64,000 nucleotides of DNA from Guillardia theta CCMP2712 (GCF_000315625.1 NW_005434650.1:462005-526004), one strand, 5' to 3'; positions 44,279 through 57,114 are shown, numbered from the stretch's first letter. Numbers and translations: made by a program. Notes: generated by a model from the letters alone, not told the origin.

Positions 44279-45069
44279 TGAAGAGTCGGGAAGCCAATCA
44301 TCGTTGCTGGGCGCTACAGTCTTTGAATCATGAATTGGGGATATTGGCCGTGAATGGTTTTGCACATAGAGTGAGTTCTGATCTCATCGCATACCCTCTT
44401 TTCCCGTCCTGCTGCTTCACCCCCCCCTCACCGCCTGCCTCAGTATGACATTGGGGGAACTGTCCCCGCACCTTCTCCTCCTCCTCCTTTCTAGATATTT
44501 TTCCCGTAGATTTGCGCGTAGGTCACCTGCTATCACCTGCGTGCTGTTCATGTAGTGAAGCAACAAGGGTCATGGAGTCACCAGCACCTTTGCTCGATCC
44601 ATCAGGATGTGCAGCTCAGCTCCATCTCTGGTAGAAACGAGACAAATCGGGCATAAGGACTTGTCTCGAGATTTTCGTCCTTGTTGCAATTCGCAGCTCT
44701 CTCGCAAAGGGGACAAAAATCTCCTGGACGGGTGAAGCGTCCTTCTCCAAGAGTTGCGAAGCATTTGGTGGACAGCACCTCACCAGCAATCTATTGTCTG
44801 CAGCTTGATCGAAGGCTGTCGTTGCGTCTGAAATAGTGCAGATGACTTTTTAGGATCATTCACATGTGAGATTGAGTGAAGAGGTGGGTGAGCTGGAGAA
44901 ATGGGCGAGAAAAGTGCATTGAGTTACCTAGGTTCAAATCAGACCTGCTTAGATGGTCTCTCTCGTAAACAGTGGTGTAAGCAGTTCAGAATAGCACACT
45001 GACAATCATTGTAACACAGGGCAATATGCAGCGACTAAAGGCATTGATCTATGCAAGAGTAGGGTGAGA

Positions 45070-45590
45070 ACGCCTCCCATGGAATCCAATGCTCCCACCA
45101 GTCAGTGACATTGTGACATTCAAGGTGAGCAGTGCAGGGATCAGTGGACATGGCCGTGGAGGAGAGAATGGGATAGGAGAGGAGAAGAAGGGAGGGGAGG
45201 GGAGCAGACAGAAGTAGAGGAGAGGGGCATTGTGTGAGCCAAGTGGACACATCCCGAGACCATTAACAAGAATATGTCATGATGAGGAAACAAGTTGATG
45301 AAGAAAGACTTGTATCATGCAATCTGTTGGTCAGTCACAACCGTGCTTCGACGCCATCGAACATCTAGATAGCAGGGCTTCTCTAGTCCTTTACGAGGCG
45401 ACATGAGAGAACGAAAGCTCTCGTTGCCAATGTGGACTCAGCTTGAAGGACTGAGGTGATGCTCGTGAGAGTAGAAGGATGAAATCCCTCACTGCTCAAC
45501 TAAAACGAGAGACTTGGATGGGATCGAACGAGGATGGGTCAACGTGCGGGGCGTTAAGTATCCGAGGATGGGTCAACGTGCGGGACGTGG
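45070..45590 (-). repeat. ~520 bp dispersed repeat, copy B
   Basis: Inverted copy of 27535-28054. Confidence 0.9.
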
Positions 45591-46152
45591 AGCCCTGTCA
45601 TGGTTGCCATTCAACTTTCCATCAAGTGCAAACAAAAGTTCAGCTTGCAGTTTCCTCGCGTCATCCATCTAAGGAAAGCAGAGATCTGCAACACCACGCT
45701 CGTCATGAGCGATAACCTCTCATATCATACCAGCACCGCAGTGTTTTCTATTCCAATTTTCCGATCTATCATCATGTCCTGAGGGTGTAAGGGCATCAGC
45801 TTACGTTCCTCGGCAGCATGCCTCAACATGCCAACAGTCGGCAGGAGCAAGCGAATGTCAACTTCTTGTTTCATTTCCTCCGGAGCTCCGTCGGAGTGGA
45901 GCGAGAGGTTGCTGTTGGGGGGGAATACAGTCAGAGATGCAGCTGCTCTCAGTAGAATCACCTCGATATGGTTGGGAGCGACTTGGAGCCTGCAGGAACA
46001 GCTGCGTTCCAAATCTTCCCTTTCCAAGTCTCTGGGGTCATTTTCTTGCTATCTGTCGATGTTTCCCTCATACCAGATCGGCTTCTTGATGTGCAAGTGC
46101 ATCAACCTGGCCTAAGGTCTGACCGTCCCTGCGAGCCACCTGTCACATGGAC

Positions 46153-46622
46153 TGAAGAGCTACTTGAATGTAATTTGTCGAGTGACTGACGTGACTCACG
46201 GACAGCCTTGACCATCCGATCTGCCCTCTCCGGGGGCCTCCGAGACCCTTCAAGTCATCGCTCTACCACCAGCACTCGAAAGCCCCGAGGCTGATCAGTG
46301 ACTCGAAGTATGAGAGACGCCATGAAGGGACGTCGAGAGCACTGTGACGGCACCAGGGGACAGGAACATCAAGAGACGGGACTGAGTCTCTTGTCCGAGG
46401 ATTGCTTCACTTTGCTATTCAAACAGAACAAGGGAGATCGGCCTAGCACATTCTTTGTACAATTCAAGAGCAGCTCTGTCGCAGTTCAAAGATCTTCATT
46501 CACAGTCGATTCACACTTAATTAAAACACAATCAATCATCACAATCATTCTTCGATTCACAGATAGCAATCGAATCCAAACTCGTACACCGATCCCCACG
46601 AAAGGAGATCGGCCTACCTTCA
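46153..46622. mobile_element. Possible solo-LTR-like remnant
   Basis: 470 bp bounded by TGAAG...CTTCA, internal repeat ggagatcggccta twice and an A-rich 3' part; no target-site duplication seen. Confidence 0.25.
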
Positions 46623-46687
46623 AGCCATGAAAGGTTCGATAGTCTCCGACCTTGGGAGTAAATCGTCAGAGGCTGTCAACGCATCAA

Positions 46688-47379
46688 TCATCCTTGCCTG
46701 GCATGGAAGACAAGCGGAGTAATCTCTGCTCCAAACGGCCACAATGCAAGTTGTGCTAGCTTAATGTGCCTGAAGGACAAGTCAGCTGGTGTCGTTCAGT
46801 TGTGCATGCTTACTGCACAGCGAATGGAATCCCGATGATGGTGCACGTGTACAAGAACGCCCAGAACACATGCACGAGGGCTATCAGAATGCCCATCGGC
46901 AACCAGCTGAAGATTGATGTCAAGAAGAGATATTGCTCTTCAGCATGTTCTTCTTACATGACGTTTCCCAAGAACGTGCAAGGCTCAGCAGGTTCATACA
47001 CAATCGATTGTCCGAAGGGAAATCTGAGGGTAAGAAAGGAGATGATGAGCCCGAAACATAGTGTAAGGTGGTGGCAGGGGGTAAAAACTCACAGGCTCAG
47101 ACCCGAGAGCTTGAAGCACTGGTGCGCACATGGGATACCCACAATAGTGATACAGCACAGAAGTCCAGCGATCAACCAGACGATCGCAGACTGCAAACCC
47201 CCGAAGACTACCCACATAAAGTTTCCGAGCCAGCTCCATACACCCCTGCTTGACATGTCAAGAATAGCAAGGCTGCCAGCATCATGTAGCGACCTCCCAT
47301 CTTCAATCTCTATCGTTATCCTCCTGGTGGAATATGGTACGTATTCCGGTGCTGACGGCTCGGGCACATCGAAAGACAT
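46688..47379 (-). CDS. YccF-domain membrane protein (two YccF repeats)
   Basis: LGNFMWVVFGG...CITIVGIPCAHQCFKL...PFG and LGN..W......TIIGIPFA..HIKLAQLALWPFG; spliced. Confidence 0.88.
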
Positions 47380-47450
47380 CCTGACAGGCACCGCCGTCAG
47401 TCTGAAAACAGGAGAGTATCCACAAGCAATTGCACGTTTTTCAAATCAAT

Positions 47451-47858
47451 TCCTGTCCTCCTGTCCTCCTGTCCTCCTGTCCTCCTGTCCTCCTGTCCTC
47501 CTGTCCTCCTGTCCTCCTGTCCTCCTGTCCTCCTGACTCGCAATCGCTCCCTGCCTCGACTCATTTTTGCTGGACGCATTTGTGCACGATTTGAGAACTT
47601 CAAACTTTGAGGTAAAACTTTCAGTTCGTTGTTGGTGAAACTTTCAACAAGAACTTCCAACAAAAATGAAAGTTTTAAGGAGATGAGGATGCGATGAGAT
47701 GAGATGAGATGAGATGAGATGAGATGAGACGGGATGGGACGGGATGGGATGGGACGGGACGGGATGGGACGGGATGGGACGGGACGGGACGGGATGGGAC
47801 GGGATGGGATGGGATGGGACGGGATGAGATGAGATGAGATGAGATGAGATGAGATGAG
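47451..47858. repeat. (TCCTCCTG)n and (GAGAT/GGGAT/GGGAC)n arrays
   Basis: 8-mer array at 47451-47535 and pentamer array at 47693-47858. Confidence 0.88.
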
Positions 47859-49857
47859 AAGCGAAACTTGTAGTTTCGTATTCAGAAAAGATGTTGTAAT
47901 AAAAAAATCCGTTGAACCAAGCACAGTCAACGACCCAACAGGGTCAAGAAAGGATGTCATGCCTTTCTGTCACAAAGAAGCTGTTTAGCCGATCATGTTG
48001 ACGATACCTAGAAGCAACGCACGGGAGGAAATTTTGATTGTATTCGAGTTCATAGCAATATTTTCTACATCATTTCTCATATTAAAAAATTACCAGCATG
48101 TGGTATCCAATCCTAAATTACATACAAGTACATGACGAGCCTGAGAGTTGAGTCCAACAAGTGCAAGGTAACATTTCAAGCAACTTCTGTCCCTTGGCCT
48201 TCCACTCGGCAAGTTCGTTGAAGTTGCCCAAGGTCCCGTGTGATCCTTCAATCTTGGCTGCTGATGCTTCCAAGGCCCCTCACCAGGTACCTCCCGTTGT
48301 TATCGATCGACTTGGTGCCATCGGCAGATCTCATTGCCAGCAACGCGTGGAAGTAGGGGCTACCAGCTTTTGTCCTTCCGAACGAATCGATTGATGGGGT
48401 CAGAGGCAAACTTCCAGGAATGCTCGTGAAACTCGATGCTGGTGCTCGAGAGACAAGAAGCTTTGTTTGCTCAGTCAGCACCGTCGTCGAAGAGGAATGA
48501 AATAGTGTTTCTTGCATGCTCGTTTCGAGGTGGATTGCAGAGGAGATTAGGAAGATATTGGGAGCAACGAGACAGGAGAAGAGAAAGAGTTGTGAAGAGC
48601 AGGAGATGTTTCGAATCTCGAGGGACGAGGAGGAGAGGTGGAGGTGGAGGGTGCGGGTGGAGGGGGAGGGTGCGGTTGCTGATCCCCCGGAAGACTTGAG
48701 GATTCGGGGGAAAAGGGCTACATTGCGAGAGTTTGTGGAAAGGACACGATTTTGAGGCGTTTGAACTCTTGAACACTCTTCTAGAAGATATGTCAGCGTG
48801 ATCGATCTCGAGAAGATGCGAAAACACATCGTTCTGTATCCGTTTGTCACACTGTTGAACGGAGCACCGGCTGTCACCAGCGGCCGCTCCGACTGGCCGG
48901 GCGGGTCCGACGGTCCCGGGCCGGGCCCGCGACCGCGGCACTGCCCGGCCTCATTCTTCTTTACTCAAAGTTAAGTTAAAAATCAGTACGAGGACAATAA
49001 TGAGAGTCGAGGAGGCTTGACCCTGACACTGTCGCACAGGCCAAACGGCTCCGAGTTCCGAAGCAAGTTCGCCTCAACCCACTGCAACCACGGCCCGATG
49101 AGTATGATTCGGAATTCGGGTCACTGAAGCCTCCGAGGCTCTGGATTTTTAACTTATCTTTCCGCCGTACCGGACCCTTTACTCAAAGTTAAGTGAAAAA
49201 TCATTACGTATCTTTCAATGTGAGTAAAAAGAATTCGGTCAGTCAATCATCGCGGCCCGCTGATCCGGAACTTCGAAGCCTCCCAGTCCGAGCCCACCGG
49301 GCCCGGGGGGCAGGCGGCCCGCTAAAAAAACCAAAAAAGAATCTAAAAAGAAATGTAAGGAGTAAAATACTTTGGGGGAGCGCGTGACCACCCCACCCTG
49401 TTTCTGACTGGACAAGGACAGATATATCACCCAAAAGACCCGGTTCTTTGAGAGCATTATCGCTTACAAAGGGCGGGTGACGGATATGTCGGAGCATGGG
49501 GTGGGGTATGTGCTCAATGAAGAGTATGCAGTCGGAAAACCTTGGAGGGGAGGGAGGGAGGGAGGGAGGGAGAGCAGGAGGGAGGGAGAGCAGGAGGAGG
49601 AGGAATGTTTGAATTGACTGAGAAAATTCTGATTGGTGTATTAGAATGGCCTAATTGGGATGAATTTTGCTGTAAAGCTTGTGAGGAGATAGTTTGCAGA
49701 TGAAAGAGTTCAAATTTGCTTCATTGAGTGGGATAAAGGAAGTTCCCGAGATTTCCCACCTTCCTTCACCTTCTTACTTCTAAATCCCTTCTATTCTGTT
49801 GGAAAAAATCAGATCTTGGCTGACTTTCAAACAGCAGAGGTGATAGTCTATGAAAAC

Positions 49858-52800
49858 ATGATCAGCATCCAACTTAGTACCTTACTTGTGTTCGGCGTCT
49901 TTGGAGTATCTTCTGCAACAACGACATGTCTTCTTCCCCTGCTTGCAGGTTCAGATTCCAACTGCCACTGTCCGGACGTTTCGAAACAAGCTGAGCTGAA
50001 GCCAACGCGCAAGATATTTGCTAGCGCAAGGGGTGGCTCCTCCTGCATGGTCTCAGGGGGGAAGGTGAAGTGCTGGGGTGACAACTCCTACATGCAGTTT
50101 GGGAGTTCAGCTGCCGTGAACCCAGATGGCATCCTCTACACACTGGACATCAATGGGGAGCCCAAGAAAGTGATCGCAGGGGAGGGCTTTCTATGCGTGA
50201 TCCTCGTGTCCGGCGATCTCTTCTGCTCGGGCTCGAATTCAGTCGGTCAGGCAGGGATCGGAGGGAAGAACTGGACCTTGAACATGGTGCAAGTGAACGT
50301 CGGTAAGGGGCTCGGGGTGGTCGACGCCGCCGCTGGAGCATGGCACACCTGCGCAATCCTCAACAACAGCCAGGTGAAGTGCTGGGGTTATCACACTGAG
50401 TCACTCCCAGCATGCGGCGTGGGCCCGGTGGCAGCCGACGAGTGGGCGCGGATCATGAAAGCCATGGGAGATGCCCTGCCCCCCGTGAGCCTGTCAGGAA
50501 CACCTGTCTCCATCGCAGCAGGGAACTTCCATACCTGTGTCGTGCTTGCGGACGGCAACACCCAGTGCTGGGGGAGCAACTTTGTGGGAGAGCTGGGGTA
50601 CGGGGTTGACGGGATAGTCGGCTTCACGAATGAGTCCATCCCCGTGGTTGAGCTTCCAGGCGATCTCTACGCCCTCAGGTGAGGCGGTCTCGCGTCTGCC
50701 TCCTCTGTCCCTGTTTTCCTCCTACCACTTTCCTTCGCTCCCTTCTCTCCCCCCTTCTTCTTTCCCCCCTCCCCCTCTCCCTCCCTCCTCCGCTTCTTCG
50801 CTCCTTCCTGCTTGCATTTCACCTCTCCTGATGACTTCCACTCCCTCAGAGTATGGGCTGGAGGATTCTCAACTTGCGTTCTGCTCTCGAACGGGAGAGT
50901 CGCTTGCTGGGGACAGAACTCTTGGGGAATGTTGGGGTACTCCGACAGCACCGATCGCGGATCAGACTACTCCTCGAGTTTCATGAAAGATTACTTTGTG
51001 ATGGAAGGAGTTGAGGAGGTCGCCATTGGAAGTTCCTCCTTCTCCTGCTTCTTGTTGCAAGACCAGACCGTCCGATGTGTCGGCAACAACGACAAAGGTG
51101 AGGCAATTTCGCCTGCCGGGGAAGGTTTTCTGAGAATGTGATGGTGCAGGGCAACTTGGGAATGGTCAGCCGCTCGACAACTCCATGTTTCGCTACCTTG
51201 CGGAGCAGGAAGCATCGATGAATGGCCTGAAGGCGATCAAAGTTGTTGCAGGAATCGATCATGCATGTGCCGTCCTCGTGAACCTCAGCACTGTCTGCTG
51301 GGGAGGAAATCTTTACGGCCAGGTTGGAACAGGGAAGGTGGATCAAACCTCCGGAGCAGTTGTGACGCAGATCAAGGATGTAGCGGATCAGACTATGTTC
51401 GCCTCGTGTTTAAGCAACGCCTATTGCACTCTCCCGACGTGATTTGATTGTCAACTCGTTGCGAGGAAAATGAGAATTCTCGTTGCAGGCTCGGCAACGG
51501 AACCTTCTTGACGGGCAACAAGACGCTTGCGGGAGGGATAGCTCGGGTATCGATGATGCTGACAGGGTTGCTGCTTGTGGCGTTGAAAAATAATGAGGGA
51601 GAGGAGGAGGATGAGGGAGGGAGGGAGGGAGGGAGGGAGGGAGGGAGGGAGGAGGATGAGGAGGAGGCGGGTTTCTTGGCTTGTTGGCAGAGTGAAGATT
51701 GGTCAATGCTTGGGTTGTCCTGACACGATACGCAGGTGATGTGTGACAATGGCTTCACCTTTCAGAACGAGTCCAACACGGTCCTGATTCTCAACTGGTG
51801 AGTGAGGGAGCCCCGGAAGCGAACACCCCAGGTTGAACTTCTGCCAGTCTTAATTCAGGCCTGGGAAAGAATGCTACATGGGACAGGCTTCCTCCCAAGG
51901 TGTGGTCCCTGACTCTAACTTGTTTTATTCTCTTCTGGTTACCTTATCTTGCTCTACCTTTTGTTTCCCACTGTCCTTCTGCTGTATGCTCCCCTTGTCT
52001 TCTTCTGCATCGTTGCCTAGGGTGAAGTGCATATCAGTGTGTGAAGGAGCAACCTGTTGTCATCAAAACTTGTCCCAGCTCGTTGGGCTTGTCGATGGTG
52101 AGAAGTCAGTCGAGCGCATGGCGCGGATCTGACAGGTTGTTTAGAGAGGAGGAGGCTGCTTCCTCCCCATCAACAGCGGATGTCAGGCTTGGACTGATTG
52201 GGCTGGCTGGATCAATCGAAAGTCCCAGGTCTTGCAATTCGATCAGCATACTCTGTCGCTCATCATTGCTGGTTCCTAGGCTGCATACATGTCATGGTGT
52301 ATGGAGCAAGATTGCAGTCAGAGCCTGGAAACTGCATCGAACTGGCACCCGTACGCCGGTTGCAGGTGAGCAGTGGTTTGTTGCCACATTGATCTCTAGA
52401 GGATGTTGTACTGCTCCGGTCTGACGTGTCAAACTGATCAGGTACGTCGATGCCAACGGATTCTGCATGAAGTATGAGTCTGCGCAGGAGTACTGTGTGA
52501 AGAATCCAGGTAATCGTTTGAGATGTCAACACATCAACACTGACTTGACCTTCAGAAAACATCTACTGCAAGGACGGAGGTCTTAAATGGGCTCTACAGC
52601 CGCTGGTGCGATATTTCTTCTTCCTTTTTTCTTGTCTCACATGGCGTTTCAAGGGCAACGCCTCCCACCAACCCTCCCAGTGGTACCCCAAGAGTGACGT
52701 CTCCTACTACGATTCCTCCAAGACCTTTAGCTGCTCGGTGCCTCTCGTTTCTGTCCTTCCATTCAGCCTGACTTGAGTCTGCCCCAGTGCCTGAAGCAGT

Positions 52801-53208
52801 GCCGATGCCATGGCAGCTACGGCGACGTAGAGTGCGATTGCTACAGCAAACTGGATCTGCCTTCAGGCTCCGTCGTCCGCACGGATTTCTCCCCAGTCGG
52901 CGCGTGAGTTGTCCCATGTTGACTAAAGAGGCGGTTGGACTGAACTTGAACTTGTCAGGGGTGACTTTGGACGTATCAAGGAGATTTCCAAGTCAAGTTG
53001 GGCGTACCAGGTAAGATGATAATGTCTTGTAGCTGCATGGCGGTGCTGACCGTGTTGATCCGGCAGAAAACGTGCTCCTGTATGTGCGACAAGAGGAATT
53101 ATTGGGATGACCGATAGTTGTTTGTAAACGTCCTTCATAAAAACATGGAGATGTCTCCATCAACCAGGATCACTGGCTTCACGGTGGGAGAAGACGTGAG
53201 GACTTGAA
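49858..53208 (+). CDS. Secreted RCC1/BLIP-II-repeat protein with Cys-rich C-terminal region
   Basis: Signal peptide MISIQLSTLLVFGVFGVSSA; repeats AGxxHTC.....G.V.CWG.N..G.LG; later exons with a CDNGF...C...TW..PP (sushi-like) pattern. The 3' end is uncertain. Confidence 0.75.
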
Positions 53209-53720
53209 GCAGCACTGAGGAGGACTGGCGGAACCTTGGAGCAAGGAGGAGGAGGGTGTGTGGTAGTGAACTGGCAAACGACTCAGTCTTTTGAGCACTG
53301 ATAGTTGAGTGATAGTGTTACAGAGGTAGCAGCGAGTTAGTGATAGTTACTCAGTAAGCAGATCTTTGAACACCTTTTCTGCCTTCGTCACTTCAACTAG
53401 TGATCTCTCCGAGGCTGGCTCGCTTGGAAGAGTAATGTAATGTTGCTCCCAGCTGGGAGATTAGGTTCATATTAGCGCGAGCAGCAGCAGGAAGAGGGAG
53501 AGAGGGAAGGGAAGGGAAGGGAAGAAGCGGAGGGAGGGAGGGAGGGAGGGAGGGAGGGAGGGAGGGAAGGGAGGTCAGTGAGGGTGCGAGGATGATGAAA
53601 GTATACATGAATGCCTCTCCCTTCACAAGACCACTTGTCAAATTATCTCCTATAGTTGTCTGTGCTGAGCTTGATCCCCCTGTTTTAGAACGTGATTCAT
53701 GCCGCAGGTAAATACCAGTC

Positions 53721-55034
53721 ATGGTTGTCGGGACATTCTTCTACCTCCCCATCTTCCTCTTCTTCTTCATGTCGGATGCAGCAGCAGCAACACCGGCAGC
53801 AGCAGCAGCCGGGAGGGACTGGGGAAACATCACCTTCGTCCACTGCGTCCAGCCTTACACATGGACGGAGCTTGTGCAGAACTACAAGACGAACAGCGTC
53901 TTCTTCAAGACTGGAGGGCTGGGAGAGCTGCAGAGGGAGGGGATCTATACATGGCAGTGCTTCAAGGATCACTACTGCGCTACAGGCCCCGAGGACCCCT
54001 GGTTCTGCTTCGTGTACGACGAGGTCACTAGCAAGTTCATCCCATGGGGGCCAAACAGTGAGCTGCAGCTCGTCGTGCCTAGCGAGAGGAAATGGGAGGG
54101 ATGCTCGTCGGAGATCGAGGCTCTTTCCAGACAGATCCAGCAGCTCAAGAACGAGTCGTCCTCGCTCAGACCCTCTTCGTGTGCCGGCAGCAGGCTGTAC
54201 ATCGCCGCCAACTCCACCATCATGTGCAGCCCGGGCTTCGGGGGCAACTCGGACGTTGGGTGCAAGCTCTGCCAGGAAGGCACTTACAGCGCTGAGATGC
54301 ACCTGTGCCATTCCTTGTCAGCCACCATCCTTATCGACGGGCACACAAGGGGGAACGCGGCTGGGACTTCAGTGTGGATCGGAGGGGGCCTGAAGTTGTA
54401 CCACGACGCCTCGTCCGGTAGCGGGAATCCTGACCGGATGTCGTACATCCTCCTCAAGCTAGGCTCCGCCCCAGCGGGCTGCTCCCTGAGTGCAAACAGC
54501 ATCACAAAGGCGCAGATGAAACTTTATAAGACGTGGGATGGAAGCGCCGATGGCTGGAGCTGCTCAGAGCACAAGTACCAGATCCGTTTGGCGTCTGTTG
54601 GGAACCTGTCGGTCTACGACTCTACCCAGGTGGTGAGCTACATCGAGCAGAACTTTCCGTACTCCAGCGGGAAGCAGACAGACAGTCAGGGGATGTACGT
54701 CCTCGACAACGGCCAGCGGATCTCTACCTACTTCGATCTCAGCACTACGATCAACGTGTGGTATGACATCGATGTCACCACCTTCATGAAGCAAGTCGTC
54801 CATCACTACGGGGACTCGCTCTCTGCCATCCTGTTGGAGTTGCGCTCTGTCAACGACGGCTGCTTGACCGCGCTCTCCGCCAGTGGGGCCACCAGCCCGA
54901 TCTTCAACATCGCTCTCAGTGACAGCAACGACGATGACATGATCTCAGTGCCGACCTCTTGCGTGCCTTGTCCGCCGAACTTCACGTCTCCAGCAGGGAG
55001 CAGCAGCATTCAAGCATGTAAAGCAGCCAATTGA
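53721..55034 (+). CDS. Secreted protein with Cys-rich GCC2/GCC3-like repeat and a DNRLRE/CBM96-like insert
   Basis: Intronless 437 aa with a signal peptide. CSPGF...CKLCQEGTYS and CVPCPPNFTSPAGSSSIQAC flank a beta-rich region with SYILLKL...ITKAQMKLY and WYDIDVT. Confidence 0.7.
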   Translation: MVVGTFFYLPIFLFFFMSDAAAATPAAAAAGRDWGNITFVHCVQPYTWTELVQNYKTNSVFFKTGGLGELQREGIYTWQCFKDHYCATGPEDPWFCFVYDEVTSKFIPWGPNSELQLVVPSERKWEGCSSEIEALSRQIQQLKNESSSLRPSSCAGSRLYIAANSTIMCSPGFGGNSDVGCKLCQEGTYSAEMHLCHSLSATILIDGHTRGNAAGTSVWIGGGLKLYHDASSGSGNPDRMSYILLKLGSAPAGCSLSANSITKAQMKLYKTWDGSADGWSCSEHKYQIRLASVGNLSVYDSTQVVSYIEQNFPYSSGKQTDSQGMYVLDNGQRISTYFDLSTTINVWYDIDVTTFMKQVVHHYGDSLSAILLELRSVNDGCLTALSASGATSPIFNIALSDSNDDDMISVPTSCVPCPPNFTSPAGSSSIQACKAAN

Positions 55035-55335
55035 CAGGCTAGATGTGACCTGTGCCGATGTATCTATGAACCATCAAGTTGGATGCCCGACGTATGCTAG
55101 TCATGAAGCGACAGATCACTGTAGAATGAATGAAACGTCCAATAGAATCTCCGAATCTTCTGATCGACAATGATAAAGAAAAAGCCTCCAAAGGAAGGTA
55201 GGTAGGTAGGGAGGTAGGTAGGTAGGGAGGGAGAGAGGGAGAGAGGGAGGGAGGGGAGGGAGGGAGGGAAGACGGGGAGGGAAGGAAGGGAGTGGAGTGG
55301 ATGGATGGATGGATGGATGATGGATGGAGGAGAAG

Positions 55336-55435
55336 NNNNNNNNNNNNNNNNNNNNNNNNNNNNNNNNNNNNNNNNNNNNNNNNNNNNNNNNNNNNNNNNN
55401 NNNNNNNNNNNNNNNNNNNNNNNNNNNNNNNNNNN
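55336..55435. other. Assembly gap (100 N)
   Basis: Run of N flanked by (GGGA)n/(GGAT)n repeats. Confidence 1.
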
Positions 55436-57114
55436 GGGAGGGAGGGAGGGAGTGAGGGAGGGAGGGAGGGAGGGAGGGAGGGACGGAGGGACGGAGGGAG
55501 GGGAGGGAGGGGAGGGGAGGGAGGGCTTTTTGACGTCCGTTGAGTCTTAATAAAATTTTAACCTTCTGCGAACGCAACACCGATCACTGTCAGTAACTGA
55601 CGTCGGGCCCGGGCGGCCCCGGCGACATAGTTGCCGGGTCCCGAGTCCAGTCAAAGACCGTACCGTACGCTGATGGTACTACATGATTTACTCACCAGAT
55701 ACCACCGGTCATGGGCATCTTCGCTTAAAACCACCGGATTTTTCTATGGGTCGCCGAGTCATCCATGACCCCACCCCAGCCCCTACCTCTACGTCCCTGG
55801 GGTCACTGAGCCCACCCCACCCCCTCGAAATGATTGACACGAAGGGATGCCGTCTTATGAACTATCAGTAGCACCACCCCGTCTTCCGAGTCTGCTAGAC
55901 ATGGTAGCGATGTGTCACCCATTGCCAAACGCACATCTTGAGATAAGCACAGAATGTTTGATTCACATCCTAACATTTCAAGTTTTGCGAGTAAAAATTC
56001 AAAATATTTTTGAGCAACCCGAAACCAAATGTTTTCAGGTCACGTGACAGGTCTGACATTCGAAACGTACAAATGACTGCCCGCAAGGTAAACTACCCCT
56101 ACCCCCTCCTGCCCCACACACAGCAGCTGCAAAACAATCCTTTTACTTGTGTACTGTCACAGGTAATGTACTTCCCGCGTCTGTACTGCGGTTTGAGTAA
56201 TCTTATAACACATGTAAGTAATAGGTCGTACCAGGTTGTGTACTGCTGCAGGGATCCCAGGCCCCAAGTATTTTGGGCGGACGGAGGAGATATCCACACG
56301 CTGGAGGGGGTGGTGGTGGGTACGAGGTCCTTCAAGAAGCCCTTTTTACGGCTTATTCAAAGGGTGGGGGGTCATATTACCAGGGTACGTATGGTGCTTT
56401 TTACTTGGGGGTGGGTTGGTGCCAATGCCTAAAGAGTCAAAGTGGAACCGGGTGGGTGGTCTGTCGCAATCCTAGAGGCCTGGGTAGTGGGCTGGTCCGA
56501 TGGAGGGGTGGGTCTGCTTAAAGGGATCCTGCAGGTGAGGGACCCCCCAACCCCCACTTGTTTGGCTGGAGCACTGACATTTGATGGTCAAAATTAGTAA
56601 TCAGTGAACCCTGGAGGTGGGTGGGCCAATTACAATCCTTGTAAGACGATTTCACCGGTACATATGAACTGAGAGATGGGGGTAGGGGTCCAACAGCTGC
56701 AGGGATTGAGAGCTCCCCAATTTGAACTGAAGGACGAAGGGGGTGGGGTGATTGAAACCCTTCGGTTGAAGGGGTTTGTGTCCCATTGTCGAAGGGGGTC
56801 GGGGTACCTTTGGACACCCGTACTAAATGGCTTCAAAGTGGACTCGATCAGGGGGGTTGGACCAAAAATGGACGGGGATGAGGCCGTTTGAGTAATCATC
56901 GAAGGAAAGACAGACGATCAGGGGGTGGGGGTACACATTGAGACATTGCGGAGGGGTCCTGATGAAGGGGGTGGGGGGTGGGAGCCAGGGGGTAGGAGTA
57001 GAGGGGAGGGGTACAATGATGAATGGAAGTAGAGTGGAACTTACGGCATGGCACGGAAAATCGGAGACAGGATGAAGCTGAGATGAAGGAGTTTGAGGAC
57101 AGAGAGAAAGAAAA

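Noticed and set aside
48100-48880. Small gene upstream of the CCGG-rich element
   Set aside because: Splice-like signals exist, but no consistent or recognisable reading frame could be built.
49858-55034. Single gene joining the RCC1 protein to the 53721 ORF
   Set aside because: The 53721 ORF has its own ATG and signal peptide and is preceded by intergenic-like GA-rich sequence.
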